This document shows positions 41,101 to 54,011 of a stretch of DNA of 64,000 bases, in pieces (position 1 is the stretch's first letter; each line of letters starts with the position of its first letter). The notes under the pieces were generated by a model. The model was not told the origin of the DNA and did no database searches. It worked only from the letters and a program-made list of their open reading frames with translations. The translations under genes were made by a program, and so were the position numbers. Source of the DNA: Catajapyx aquilonaris (Eukaryota); contig KZ538351.1 in the NCBI GenBank assembly GCA_000934665.2, positions 1 to 64,000 on the forward strand, written 5' to 3'.

Positions 41101-44100
41101 GCCAAACGCATTGCACACATTCTCCTCTCATTCCAAACCATCCCTTCCTATCCACCAACAATGACATGGAAGTCCAGATAATTAGACAACCCCACCCTTT
41201 ATTCGTCCCCCCCGGAAACTTTGAGAATAGGCGCAACCATTGAACTCCCCTGGTCACCGGAACGAGACATGGCCTTGGCTTGATAACATTTTTTTTTTTT
41301 TGGTCAAGTTATTGGGGTGGGTTTTTTTTTTTTTTTGGAGCATATGGGGTGGTAAGGCATGAGGCACGCACAGGACAGGGAGACACAACACAACCAAATA
41401 GGCAGCTTGTATGATTCCTCTCCTCTATAGTGCCCTCAGAAGGCTCGGCCAGTCCCAGTACTAGGGCCAAACGGCGTGCCCACCGCCGCCTCACCCGTAA
41501 TGAAAGCCGCTACCACTCGGGTAAGTAGAAGAAGAAAAAAAAAAGTCAGCTTGCCAAGCATGTTTGTCTCAAATTGCATGGCCATTTATTTCGTTTGCAT
41601 ATAATTGTTTTGTTCCCTCCCATCCGCACTACTCTTCCTCTCTTATCTGGCTGTGTTCTACGTTCGGGTTGTACGGTAGGTCCGCCATGGGAAATATTGT
41701 CAGAGTTTAACCCCACTGAGAGATGGGTGCTTTCCTGCAGTGGGTTGTTGTGAGTCCTCCAGAAAATCCGTGACACCAATATTGGTGCAGTTTTTTTTTG
41801 TTTCAAGGCTGGAGGTGTTTTACATGCTGCATTTCAAATGGGGATAGCCAATATCGCCCAATTCATCATTCGTGACAGGTTCATGGTTGTAAACAAAAAA
41901 TTAGTAAGGGTGGAAAAAGAGCAAATCGCACTGTAAGTTTGTTTCCAAGTTGCATCCAGGATTTTCCTGGAGCAGTCTTATTTTTAACACCTCCCGACCT
42001 TTCCGTTTTTTTTTGAAAAAAGAAATGCGGATAATTAAAATCTTGACAAGAGATGAGAGCGCGCGGCCGTGCGTGGCCGCAACGCAGGAAAAGCTGCTGC
42101 TAACATCCACGTAATCCTTGGGGTAAACACTGCCGAGAGTTTATTCCTGGTCCATCTTTCCCCATTGTTGACTCTTCTAGATTAGCCCGGCATGGTAGAA
42201 ACTATAGCAAAGTAGTTGAGAGACATCTTGCTGGTCTACCCATCCCCATGTTTGTGTTTTTAGTGCATCATGCCAGAAACTTTAGATCTGACTAATCCAA
42301 CCCCCCTGTTTCTTCCAGCTCTTTTTTTTTAAATAAAAAAATATGCTGAATAATATTGTTGAAACAGCTCACAGCCTTTGCATCGGTCCTTGTGTAATAC
42401 TGTGCCCATTTTTTGTTAAAATTCGACAGTGCCAAATGCAGATTGGTTTCGTCAAATACCGACATTCCGAGGTTGCGATTTTTTCTTGTTGTTGAACCGA
42501 CCCCTTTTGGAGCGCACTTTCCTCACTAATGAAATTCCCACGCTTTGAAGTTGAAATGATCAAGATGGCTGCGGAAACCGGATTTGGCGTAAAAGGCCAC
42601 TCCTCTGTTTCCCCCCCTCTCTCGATTAAAAATGCACGTAGTTGAGTCAAACCGGAAACAACGGGGGCGTCATCAAGGGGTTTGACCGCAAATGTGACGT
42701 CCCCTTCTCTGTGTGTCTGGATAACATTGCTATTGACGCGGATTGATCGACGTGTACGGGGCAGGTCAGTTCACACCCAGATCACTAACAAAGAGGTGAC
42801 CTTGGTTATGTGAGACTACACGGTGCTTGGAGAGAGATAAGGTGCGGTGTAGATTCCATATAGAGTGAGGCATCTCAGTTTAACAGAAAAGGCCCAGCTG
42901 CTGATACGTGAGTAGACGGTTCCCATGTAAGGAATTTTTCTTGGGGAGATTTTGTGGAGGTTAGGTTACATTTTCAGTACAGCAAAGTGGATACAGCCCA
43001 AAATTTGCGGGAAAGCTGATAATTATTACAATGGCTGTAATTGCGGCTTGGCATTTCTGCGATATCTTAATTATTGCAAAGCGCTACATTTCAGGTGTCA
43101 AATGCCGTCATGTGGCAAGTAAATGTTTCAATTTGCGCCTCACACTCATTGGCGTTCACATGTGGTTGAAGATTGCTTACAAGGCAGTAAACTTTTGGTT
43201 GGAGGTGCAACATGGGCTTTATAAAATGTTGAACGTACGATAAACCTGCTGTTTACATGGAGAGTCGAGTAGCATGTTTGTTGACGCAAAAGATTCCTGT
43301 CAGATAATTTTGAAGATCAGCGTCGAGATTACGACATGAGCACGTACGTACGTGAATTTATGGGCGTCAGTTTGCAAAAAAAATTATCTGGAGAAATCTC
43401 AGTTTTTTTATTTATTTCCTGTCGGTCGTGATATGCTAACAGCGATGCCAATATTAGATCGACATAAACTTTGATATCTGCGGTGGCTTCCTTGTGGCCA
43501 TAAGTCCCGAAGGAAGAGGTGAACCCAGGGGGTTTTTGCAATAAGAGAGCTTCATTTGGCGTGCCGACGAAAGCAATTTCATTGGCCTCTCTAAATTCAA
43601 ATTCCGATTTCTCATCGTCTATATACCTCCAGATATTCCCTCAGGCGGGTTTTCCACCCACAAGTTCGATTCATGCTCGAAAGGTCTTGAAGCAGGAAAT
43701 TAAAAACACTTGAAGAGGATATGAGAGACTATCAGGGATGGTATATATATAGGCTATGGTGTGTCTGGTGGATCCACCTATAATACAAAGGACCCTCGGA
43801 ATATTTCGGACTGTGGGTCAATTATGCAACCGTTGGACCATCTCGTCGAGTACGTACTGTACGACTACTTAGTGGGCACAATTCGCTGAAATATTCACTG
43901 GGAGTCTGCACAGTGTGATCCAAAATATCCGGTCTCGAATTTGGGCGAATCGATTATCATTTCGCTCTAAATTATTTTCATACTTTAAAGGGGGTTTCTT
44001 TCATACTATAGGTTGAGAGATGCAAGAATAATGCAAGGGCAGAAACTTGTTGTCGTCAAATGAACACATCCATCCAGAAATATTTAATGTTGGTCTCCAG

Positions 44101-47100
44101 TCCCTGGAGTTCCCTGGAAAGGTTCTTTCTCCAGAGTTTTTTTTTTTTTTTCTCATCCAGTATTCAGCGTGGCTCGCGACAGCCACAGGGTACCATACAT
44201 GAATAATTTCGGAGGCCTCGTGAAACCCACCCGGAAATATATAAGGGGGGCTAGACAGGGGTCCAATTAGCAGTAACATAATTATGTGCTCTAGCTTTGT
44301 ATGCTGGAAAATTGCACGGTCACATTTGGAGTGACCGTTGTGATTGTGTTTTTTTTATTATTAGTATGCGCATATGTGACAGGTGCAGTCGTAGGTGAAT
44401 GACCCTTTTTTTTGTCTGTTGGACCCATGCAGGTGTATCACACATGGGGGGGATGGGCTCTTATAAATTCCATGGCGCATCATCATCATCGTTGACTAAA
44501 GATGGCCTTGGAAAAGGGTAACAGGTGTCAAGGCTGGATGGTGCTGTTTATCTCACACCCTCCCCGTAAGGCTTGGTCCAGAAAGTACTGAGCTTTTAGT
44601 ACTACAGGGTATTGTCAAAGCAGATAATTTGTTTAAAAAATTGAATAGTATACGTGTGGGAATTCATAGCTGAGTTGACCGATGCAAAGGACAGTGAGGA
44701 GTCGTCATGGGCGATTGATGGTGCACAGTGACAACGTTGACAGTTTGGTATGTCTTCTTGATTTGCAGAGGTGCGTCAAGAGGCGGTGCAGCAGGCCCTG
44801 GCAGCCATGCAGAACAGGCCCAAACCGTCATTGCCAATGCCGTCAAAGAGGACGTCGGTCATGGCCCGAAGTCCTGACAAGGAGCGACGGGATTCGGGTC
44901 AGTACACGACTAAAAATTCGGACATCATCTTACATTATGAAATAAATCAGAAAGTTTGTCTGTATGTCCGGGCTACCTAACACACTTTCGGATTACTGAG
45001 AGTGCTGAAACTTGGCACACTGATGGCTTTTTTGGGGGGTGGAAATCTTCAGCACCTGTTCACTTAGGTTGGACTGGAGCTAGAGAGGAAAAAAAAATCC
45101 AATTTTCCAGGCGGTGTAATCAAAGGAACATGTGTGTGGGTTGACCTCAGGAGCAGATGTGGTGGAGGAGGATTTATATCCGAAGAGTGGGTGGTTAGGA
45201 GGGTTAAATCAAGAGTCCGGGCGTGTCATTGCAAGCAGCTGATGAGGATCAAGTGCTGCATTTTCCGGTTGGGGGGGTAGATCACAATAGGGATGCTGTT
45301 GTTATTCTGTTAATTCGGGTTTATCACGCGGCATCCTGCTCGTCAGGCAAAAAAAATGGGGGCTGCCTGAAATTTTTGAAATGATAGAAACATTGGAATG
45401 AAATTATCCACCCCTCTCCAATGCCTATCACTCACTGTCATTTTGTGACAAAAGATGTGTCCTGTTGTCATTTAGCCATGATTTTGTAGCCTGTCAGAGG
45501 CCAAAAATAGGGAGTGGCGAAATTAATGACTCACCTTGTACCCTTGCCACTTTGGATGGTGAAAACCCACATTTCAGAAACCTAGTGAAGCAAGTTTTGG
45601 GGAGATGGCCCATACCTAAGGTGCAATCAGGGGGAGAAAGCAGCCCTCCTTTTTTTCCTTTCTACCTTTCCCCTAGGTCACCTGGCACTTTTGTTGAAGT
45701 GCAATCCGTCTTAAAAGCCTTTCTTTCTCCCTCTCTAAAAAAGATTCAAGCTCAGAAGACGACGACAGCTTGGTGAACGAAGGAGACCTGCACAGCACTC
45801 CGGAGCGAGAGAGGGCACGCACTACACCTCAGCTGCTGGCACAGTCTGACACTAGCAGTACGGGGTCTGCACACGAGACGCCTCCTCCTCCGAGGTTACC
45901 AAAGCACGGCGAGAGGGAGAGACAGCAGATGAGGCTTCCCAATGGAGGACCTGGGTCTACCGCATGGGTTGGCGACAGAGGGTCAGGTGACCACAGGGAC
46001 GACCGGAAGAAGAAGCAGCAGCAGGAGATTACGGACCTGGCAGACGTGATGCAGAACCTAAGGCCTTGTGAGTACCCTCTCTCTAATTCAAAAGTAGTCA
46101 GGCAGCGAACCCGTGTGGGCCATTGTAATTTGTTGTCAGACACCCAACCCCCCGATGTGACACACAACACAGCCAACATGAGGCGGCCTGCACCTGCCGA
46201 CCGGGTCAACCGATACGCACAGGTCACCGGGCAAACTTCCACGGACGACAACATGGGTTAGTGTCGCTTCTAGTGGTCATTTTCAACCCTGGGACTGTGC
46301 ACTTGAAAAAAAAAATCATATTCATGAAACCTTCCACCAAATTGGCAATGCATGTTAGTCCCAGGGTTTTAATAATAGGGGAAAAGGCATACTCTACATA
46401 CTGGTACTTTTGTAGGCACCATGACTGGAACTGGACGATGGAAGGTTTCGGCCAAGATCCAGCAGCTACTCAACACGCTCAAGAGACCAAAGCGGCGTCC
46501 ACTGCCAGAGTTTTATGAAGATGACGACATCGAGCTGGAGATTGCAGCTAATCCTAAGGATCCCAACGCACCAAAACCGGAAGGCAGCCCAATGACTCCG
46601 GCTGTCGGAGAACAGTTAGTGGTAAGTGAATTGTTTGCATTAGTCGACTGGATTTATACTGAACATGTTTTATTCCCTGCAGATACCCTCAGGACTTCCG
46701 AGGAATTTGGAGGCAGCTATTCAGAGGTACGGATCCGCATCATACAAGGCACCCGTAGCAACAGTTTTGGACCCCAACGGAAAAATGAGCATCACGCTCT
46801 CATATGGTAAGTTAAGCTTCGTTGGAGAAATTATACGAAAAGTATATGCAAGTGTCAATTAAATGAACAGCATGTGGTGTAGCCCCTTAATAAGCTTGTC
46901 ATTGTATTTATTATTAGAAAGCGCGTAGGTGTTATTAAGCCATTTGCTGCAGTGTTACTGGGGAGAAAGGATGTTCAGTGTTAATGGAACTAATAGGATA
47001 ATTAGAGATCTAATAGGTAATTAGCATGTGTTGATTAACCTTCAAAATTTTATATGATATGTCGCCAAAGAGAAGTGAGTAGTATGGTCACTTTTGTTCA

Positions 47101-50100
47101 GTTGATCTTCCAGAAATCGAACGCCAATGGCAGAAATCAGATACTTTGAAAGTCACGCATGTAGTTTAATCACAGGTGTTCAAAAAATTGCACTGATCTC
47201 AAATATTATGAAGGTCATGCGGAAATAATGTTGAATGGATTGTTATTCTCTTTCCTTCAGGCAAACTCCTCAGTCGATCTCACAAAATTGCTTTTGCTCT
47301 GCTGAACAAGACGAGTCACAAGACGGAGGCGTATGTGAAGCCTGGCGATCGTGTCGCTTTGGTCTTTCCGAACAACGATCCCATCAACTTCATGTGCGCC
47401 TTCTACGGATGCCTGCAAGCTGGAGTTGTTCCTGTGCCCATTGAAGTCCCCTTGACCAGACGGGACGCAGGTTCGCAGCAGATTGGATTCCTGTTGGGCA
47501 GCTGCGGAGTCCAAATGGCCCTCACGTCGGAGGCCTGCCTCAAAGGGCTTCCAAAGACTGCCACGGGAGAGGTGGTCTCGTTCAAGGGCTGGCCAAAGTT
47601 GCACTGGTTTGTCACCGAGCATCTAGGGAAAACACCTAAGGACTGGTCTCCCCCTCCGAGGCTCACAGATGACACTCCTTCATACATTGAGGTAGGTTGT
47701 GTGGGAAACGTCTTCTGGCAGACCTACAAAAAGTGGGCCATCATAATGTGTTGCTTTTTGCATGTAATGTACGAGGCATATGCCATATGGAAAGTACTAA
47801 GTAGTAGCAGCAATTTCGCATTTTACGAGTGAACATAAGAAGTATAATTACAGTAGTTGGCGTTTTGTCCCTGTATGTTGTTAGCAGCGGTGCTGAAATA
47901 TTTGTGCGCAAATCTGTAGGGATTTTTCTGTTTCATTAGCTCAATAATTTGCATGTCTGTTAGTCGTTGTGAAGTTGATGTGCGTTTAATATGCATGATT
48001 TTAATCACGCAAGAATCTCATTGCATGTATTGCAACATATTACCCTATTAACACTCATTGGCTTTGGAAGACAGCAATCAACAGATACTATTGGGGACAT
48101 AAATATTTTAAGTTTCGTTGTGGTTAATTACTTATTGCTGAGGGGAAGGCAACTCACCGGTGATGGACGTGACAGCTTGGCATTGCAGCAGCACTAATAT
48201 GGAGTTGAAACATTGAGGATGTGAGAGTGTTTACGAATTATGTCCCTGAAAGTTGCTTGTCAGCTTTGCATATAATGTGCTGAGTCTCTTCCATATGAAT
48301 TAAATCTTGCACTGGAAGTTTTGTCTGTTGGAAGTGCACCATTTTGCTTCGTTACTTGTTTCATTACTTAAGTCGTTTTTCGTAAATGAGTTGGCGCTCT
48401 CTTACAAGTTCCTCTCCCCTCTCGAATCAAAACAAATGCAGAAGTGCACGGAACTGTTAGGTAGTCCTGTAGTTGAACCGTATTGTTCGCCAGACATTCG
48501 CAATCAAGACATATCCTTCCCTCTGTAGTCAGTTCCACTTTGAAATTGCTGTTAGTCGAGCTAGTGAGGTATTAGTTGCTTGTGTAGTCCCATCCAATTT
48601 CTCGTCATCCGATGCTGTCCTGTAAAATAAATTAACCCAAAACTGACCTGTGGTACACATATTTGTGAACTTCAGTTGTCCGTAATTGAACCGTAATCCT
48701 CCCTATTCATATTCAACTCTTACTTGCATCAAAATGTATTGTCGAGTCCTAATTCATACTCGGCGGGTTCGTATGTTACTCTGTGCGAACCTAAGCTGAA
48801 GCCTACTTTCTCCGTAACCTTTCTATTAGAGTGACTAACCCCTCACTTGTTGGCTCTCTCCTGTAACCAACCTTGTAGTTAGACTGTTGAAACCGGATTG
48901 ACGTTATAATGAATTGGCTTTTGTCCCCCCCTCTCCCCCCGTCTCTCTCTTTTAACCTCGGAAACCCACAGATGAGCGTGCAGTCGAGCGCCAAACTCCC
49001 AGCCTCCTCCTCCTGCGCTGACTCCCTCTTGTCCACCTCCCTGCTGCAGTATACCACTGACAAGGACGGATCGGTCATGGGCGTGGTGGTGACACGTCAG
49101 GCCATGCTCTCGCACTGTCGTACTGTCACCACCGCTTGCAATTACACCGAAGGAGAGGTCGCCGTTTGTGTCCTCGACTTCAAGCGAGAAGTTGGCCTCT
49201 GGCACGCAGTTCTGGCGTCAGTCTTCAACGGAATGCACGTCGTGTTCATTCCCTACGCACTCATGAAGGTCAGTCACTAATATTCTGCATTATCACAGAT
49301 CATTGACTGATTGTTTAAACGTAACAGGTGAATCCAGCCTCCTGGATGCAGATGATAACCAAGTACAGGGCCAGCATAGCGGTTGTGAAATCGAGGGATC
49401 TGCACTGGGGATTGTTGGCCACCAAAGACCATAAGGAGGTCAACCTTTCATCGCTGAGGCTACTCCTGGTTGCGGATGGAGCCAATCCGTGGTCTCTGTC
49501 GTCCTGTGATCAGTTCCTGAGTGTGTTCCAGAGCAAGGGGTTGAGACCGGATGCCATCTGTCCGTGTGCGAGTTCTAGTGAGGTGCTGACTGTGTCCGTC
49601 AGGAGGCCAGGGAGGTCAGGGGTCAATGCGACTGGTAGGGGGGTGTTGTCCATGTCTGGGCTGAGCTACGGGGTCGTACGAGTCGACCAGGAGAACAGCC
49701 TCACCTCTCTTACGCTGCAGGACTGCGGACAGGTCATGCCTGGATGTGAGTCGAGACTTTCTTATTTACTTTGACCCAATTTTAATTGTCATGTTTTTTT
49801 TTCCCCAGCTGTGATAGTGGTTGTCCGAATAGAAGGCCAGCCATACCTTTGCAAGACAGACGAGGTTGGTGAGATCTGCGTGAGTTCATCTTCCACCGGT
49901 ACGCAGTACTGGGGTCTGCAGGGACTCAGCAACAACACGTTCAAAGTGCAGCCACTTCAGGCCGATGGAAAGCCAATGAGCGAAATGGAGTTTGTGCGAT
50001 CTGGACTCCTCGGATTCCTTGGACCAGTAAGCATCTTTGATCAATTTGTAATTATTGATTTGTGACAATGTTGCGATTTTTCAGGGCGGACTTGTGTTTG

Positions 50101-52882
50101 TGTGTGGGTCTCGTGATGGCTTGATGACTGTGACTGGACGTAAGCATAACACGGACGATATCATTGCGACTGTACTGGCCGTGGAGCCTATGAAGTTCAT
50201 CTATCGAGGACGCATCGCCGTGTTTAGTATAAAGGTGCTGAGAGACGAAAGGATATGTGTCATAGCAGAGCAGAGGCCTGACTGCAGTGAGGAGGAGGTA
50301 AGCCGCATTGCTCGTATTACTGTATCGCCAGTGACTAATTAATTGCTTGTGACCGCAGAGCTTCCAGTGGATGTCCCGCGTCCTCCAGGCAGTTGATTCG
50401 ATCCACCAAGTGGGCATCTACTGCCTGGCCCTGGTGCCTCCGAACTACCTTCCCAAGACGCCTCTGGGTGGAATCCACTTGACGGAGACCAAGAGGCGCT
50501 TCCTGGAAGGGACGCTTCATCCGGCGAATGTCCTGATGTGTCCCCACACTTGCGTCACCAACCTTCCCAAGCCCAGAGAAGTGCATCCTGGTGGGTGGAT
50601 CTCCGTTTATTCCGTTAGCCACTACGTTGGGCTGATATTAATGATGTTTTCTTGGGTGGTTTTTAAGTAGACATTGGCCCTGCATCCGTGATGGTGGGTA
50701 ACATTGTCCAGGGCAACAGATTGGCGTCCGCGCAGGGACGGGATCTAGGAGTCATCGATGAGGATTCTGACACTGCTAGGAAGGTGAGTCGCAAGTTTGG
50801 AATGTTGTCAACCACATCATTGGGCCATACCTTGATTTACCAACCTTCTTTCTAGTATCAGTTCATATCCGAGATCCTCAAGTGGCGTTCCCAGACGACA
50901 GCAGATCATGTCATCTTCACTCTGCTGAGTTCGAAGGGCACGGTGGCTTCCACTCTGACCTGCTCCCAGTTGCACAAGAAGGCCGAACGTGTTGGCTGCC
51001 TCCTTCTCGAGAAAGGGAAGATCAACACCGGGGACCACGTAGCCCTCATCTTTCCACCGGGGCTTGATCTCATAGCCGCTTTCTATGGGTGCCTATATGC
51101 CGGAGCAGTTCCTGTAACAATCCGACCTCCACATCCACAAAACCTGCAAACGACACTTCCAACAGTGCGGATGATTGTGGACGTCAGCAAGTCCGTCTTG
51201 GTTTTATCAACGCAAAATGTGATCAAGCTGCTCAAGTCGAAAGAAGCAAGCAATGTGGTTGATATTAAGTCATGGCCGCTGGTTCTGGACACGGATGACA
51301 TGCCCAAAAAGAAGTTGCCGGCCCTCTACCGTGCTCCGACCGCAGAAATGCTGGCTTACTTGGACTTCAGTGTGTCGACAACTGGAATGCTGGCCGGAAT
51401 CAAGATGTCCCACACGGCTGTGACCTCTCTCTGCCGGTCGATGAAGCTGGCCTGCGAGTTGTACCCTTCGAGACACATAGCTCTGTGCCTGGATCCATAT
51501 TGCGGTCTAGGTTTTGCTCTGTGGTGCTTGAGCAGTGTGTATTCTGGCCATCACTCGATACTCATCCCGCCATCAGAAGTGGAGGTCAACCCTGCTCTCT
51601 GGTTAACTGCCGTCAGCCAGTACAAAGTCAGGGACACCTTCTGCTCTTATGGTTAGTGCACGATCATTATAGTCATTTATTGTGGAAAGGATGTTGAATA
51701 AATTGGTTGCCTTTCAGGTGTAATGGAACTGTGTACAAAGGGACTTGGCTCGTCTGTGAACCAACTGAAGCAGCGGGGTGTGAACCTAGCTTGTGTGAGG
51801 ACATGTGTGGTGGTGGCTGAGGAACGACCCAGAATTGGGCTCACGACCAGCTTCTCCAAACTGTTCTCGGCTCTCGGTCTGAGTCCGAGGGCTGTTTCGA
51901 CCAGCTTCGGATGCAGAGTCAATGTGGCGATATGTCTTCAAGGGGCCTCCAGTCCTGAGCCTTCGACAGTTTATGTTGACCTCAGGGCACTCAGAAACGA
52001 TAGGGTCACACTGGTTGAAAGAGGAAGTCCGCACAGCCTTTGTGTCATGGAATCAGGGAAGTTGCTTCCTGGCGTGAAGGTCATCATCGCCAATCCGGAC
52101 ACCAAGGGACAGTGTGGAGATTCGCATCTCGGAGAGGTCAGTTAGCAGCCTGACGGTCATCATTGCAGGCTCATTAATTGTTGTTAATTACAGATCTGGG
52201 TGCAATCACCGCACAATGCAAGCGGATACTTCACAATATACGGTGACGAGAGCGACTATGCTGACCATTTTAATGCTCGACTGGTGACTGGCAACACTGC
52301 GGAAGTTTACGCCCGCACCGGATACCTTGGATTCCTTCGCAGGACGGAGAGTGTGCAGGCTGATGGAGGTATTTTCAGTGGTTTATTTTGTAACGATGGT
52401 TACAGGGTACAAATGATGCATTTTTAAATCACCATTTTCAGAGTTGCATGATGCAGTGTTTGTTGTTGGCGCCTTGGACGAGACTGTGACCCTAAGGGGC
52501 ATGCGCTACCATCCAATAGACATCGAGAACAGTGTACTCAGATGCCACAAGAAGATTGCCGAGTGGTAAGCGATCGCATTTGTGTTGATCGCCAGTAATT
52601 CGCTAAGTTCTTCACCTTGTCAATTACAGTGCGGTGTTCACCTGGACTAATCTCCTGGTTGTGGTGGTGGAATTGGATGGCAACGAGAGTGAAGCGCTTG
52701 ATCTCGTTCCATTGGTGACCAACTGTGTGCTTGAAGAGCACCACCTTATAGTCGGGGTGGTGGTGGTGGTTGACCCTGGTGTCGTCCCAATCAACTCAAG
52801 GGGAGAGAAGCAGCGGATGCACCTCAGGGACGGCTTCCTCGCAGACCAACTTGATCCCATTTATGTCGCATACAACATGTGA
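38120..52882 (+). CDS. DIP2: Disco-interacting protein 2 homolog, spliced, first exon not assigned. Exons: 38120-38194, 41431-41520, 44769-44897, 45744-46067, 46140-46256, 46416-46621, 46683-46806, 47261-47691, 49050-49268, 49328-49745, 49809-50026, 50085-50297, 50359-50590, 50671-50783, 50856-51651, 51718-52136, 52194-52368, 52442-52565, 52630-52882
   Basis: Recognisable DIP2 peptides: GDITQKGYEKKRSRLL (DMAP1-binding domain), RYHSEVRQEAVQQAL, KVSAKIQQLLNTLKRPKRRPLPEF, YIEYTTDKDGSVMGV, LLVADGANPWSLSSCD, AYLDFSVSTTGMLAGIKMSH and the C-terminus LRDGFLADQLDPIYVAYNM*. All introns are GT-AG with matching phases. The exons sum to 4676 nt, plus 1 nt from the upstream exon, giving 1559 codons including the stop. 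Confidence 0.96.
39758..39832 (+). CDS. DIP2: DIP2 alternative exon (V)ESGPPSRVQWDQHHLTEHEKRYHS, paralogous to exon 41431-41520
   Basis: Branch-like ACTAAC at 39721, tandem aag/cag acceptor, 75 nt, phase 1-1, donor TCA G|gtatat. Ends in the same RYHS motif that precedes EVRQEAV. Confidence 0.7.
41431..41520 (+). CDS. DIP2: DIP2 exon (V)PSEGSASPSTRAKRRAHRRLTRNESRYHS
   Basis: Acceptor ttcctctcctctatag|, donor TCG G|gtaagt, 90 nt, phase 1-1. Joins to give RYHS-EVRQEAVQQAL. Confidence 0.9.
46683..50590 (+). CDS. DIP2: DIP2 exons encoding the first adenylate-forming (FAAL-like) domain
   Basis: PGDRVALVFPNNDP...FYGCLQAGVVPVPIE; YIEYTTDKDGSVMGV; DEVGEICV; GRKHNTDDIIATVLAVEP; LPKTPLGGIH. Confidence 0.93.
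50856..52882 (+). CDS. DIP2: DIP2 exons encoding the second adenylate-forming (FAAL-like) domain and the C-terminus
   Basis: GDHVALIFPPGLDLIAAFYGCLYAG; AYLDFSVSTTGMLAG; GEIWVQSPHNASGY; ARTGYLGF; RGMRYHPIDIE; VPINSRGEKQRMHLRD. Confidence 0.95.
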
Positions 52883-54011
52883 AGGCGACCCAGGCCTAGG
52901 ACACCCTCGCCTTCATAACGCATCAAAAATCAATTTTGCACAGGGTGTGGGAAAAAGTTATGCTCCAAATGTTTTTTAATGGTCAGGAACGATTTTATCA
53001 AATGAGTCGTGATGGCAGCCACAACTCAAAAGCTGCTCTTGGCCGGTGCACAAAAAAATTACACGCCCAACTTGTGAAGATATTTTAAAATGCCCGACGA
53101 ATGGACGAAAAAGACGGACACACTTTTCATTGCAAGGATCGCCGAAAAATCAGCTCAATTAAAACCGTGTCCTAAAAAAATTGTTGATCATGTACTTAGT
53201 GGGCGTTTTTAAAGCAGGTTTTTTTATCATTGTGACCGTCTCCAATTTTTAGAAAAGCCAGTCCTGGGACAATATTGGAGATAATTTCCTTTTGAGAAAT
53301 GGCGGCTCCGGATCAAAGTCTTTCATCCAAACTTAGGTTTAAGAGAGAGACACACACACACACGTTTTAACGGCTTAACTTGTACACATAACACACCAGT
53401 TTTTTTTTTCACTGGCAAATTTTTGCAGCAATAAGGAAAATAGTTTTTTCAGCTTTTTTTTTCAAGCGGAGAAAGCTTCCCAAAAAAATGGGGGACAACA
53501 GGATTTTAAAAATGTTCATTGTAGTTACGTAGGTGTGAATATGTGTGCCGCAAGTTGTGTTTTTGTGTACATTGGTGTGAGTAGCTTTTTAAATTGCTGC
53601 CATGTTTTTTTGTTTTTTTTTACATGTTTATTTTATTAGTTTCTGTGCCAACCTTTTACTACGAACAAAAATAAGAAGCGAATGCAGCAAGTCTTTTTCA
53701 TCTCCCTTAAAAATATTAATTAAAAAAAAAAGGTCTTTCATCCAATTTTAACAACTGCATTTGGCACAAATTTTTTTGTGCTCGAGGACTTGAGTGTTGT
53801 GGTCACTTTTGTAAAGAACTGTGTGTGTTGTGCACCCCAAAAAAAAAATTATGCAAAAAAAAAAAAATCTAGTTCAAGAGTCAGAAAAAAAAGTGTCCAT
53901 TGTCACAAGAGCGCCACATTCCTGTTTTTTAATTGTACTTTTTTTTAAAACATAACTTGATACATAGCTCCAAGCGAAATTGTTTTTTTAGGATGCATGT
54001 CATAGAATAAA
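52883..54011 (+). other. Probable DIP2 3' UTR ending near an AATAAA polyadenylation signal (54006-54011); may extend to ~54800
   Basis: Homopolymer- and U-rich, ORF-free sequence after the stop codon; AATAAA at 54006. Confidence 0.45.

Noticed and set aside
41050..41165. Possible alternative terminal exon (LTKTTPIRKLDPAENAPP...HQQ*)
   Set aside because: Poor pyrimidine tract at the acceptor and no other support.
42025..42114. LTRDES peptide resembling a third copy of the RYHS exon
   Set aside because: Lacks RYHS, has no good acceptor and runs into a stop; a 5/6 match can occur by chance.
47257..52860. Many antisense and shifted-frame ORFs over DIP2 exons (likewise over SLC4 exons)
   Set aside because: Expected shadows of GC-rich coding exons; none has independent features.
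46683..52882. Reading the adenylation domains as a bacterial NRPS/FAAL gene or a horizontal transfer
   Set aside because: The sequence is typical metazoan DIP2 with many spliceosomal introns; no carrier or condensation domains.
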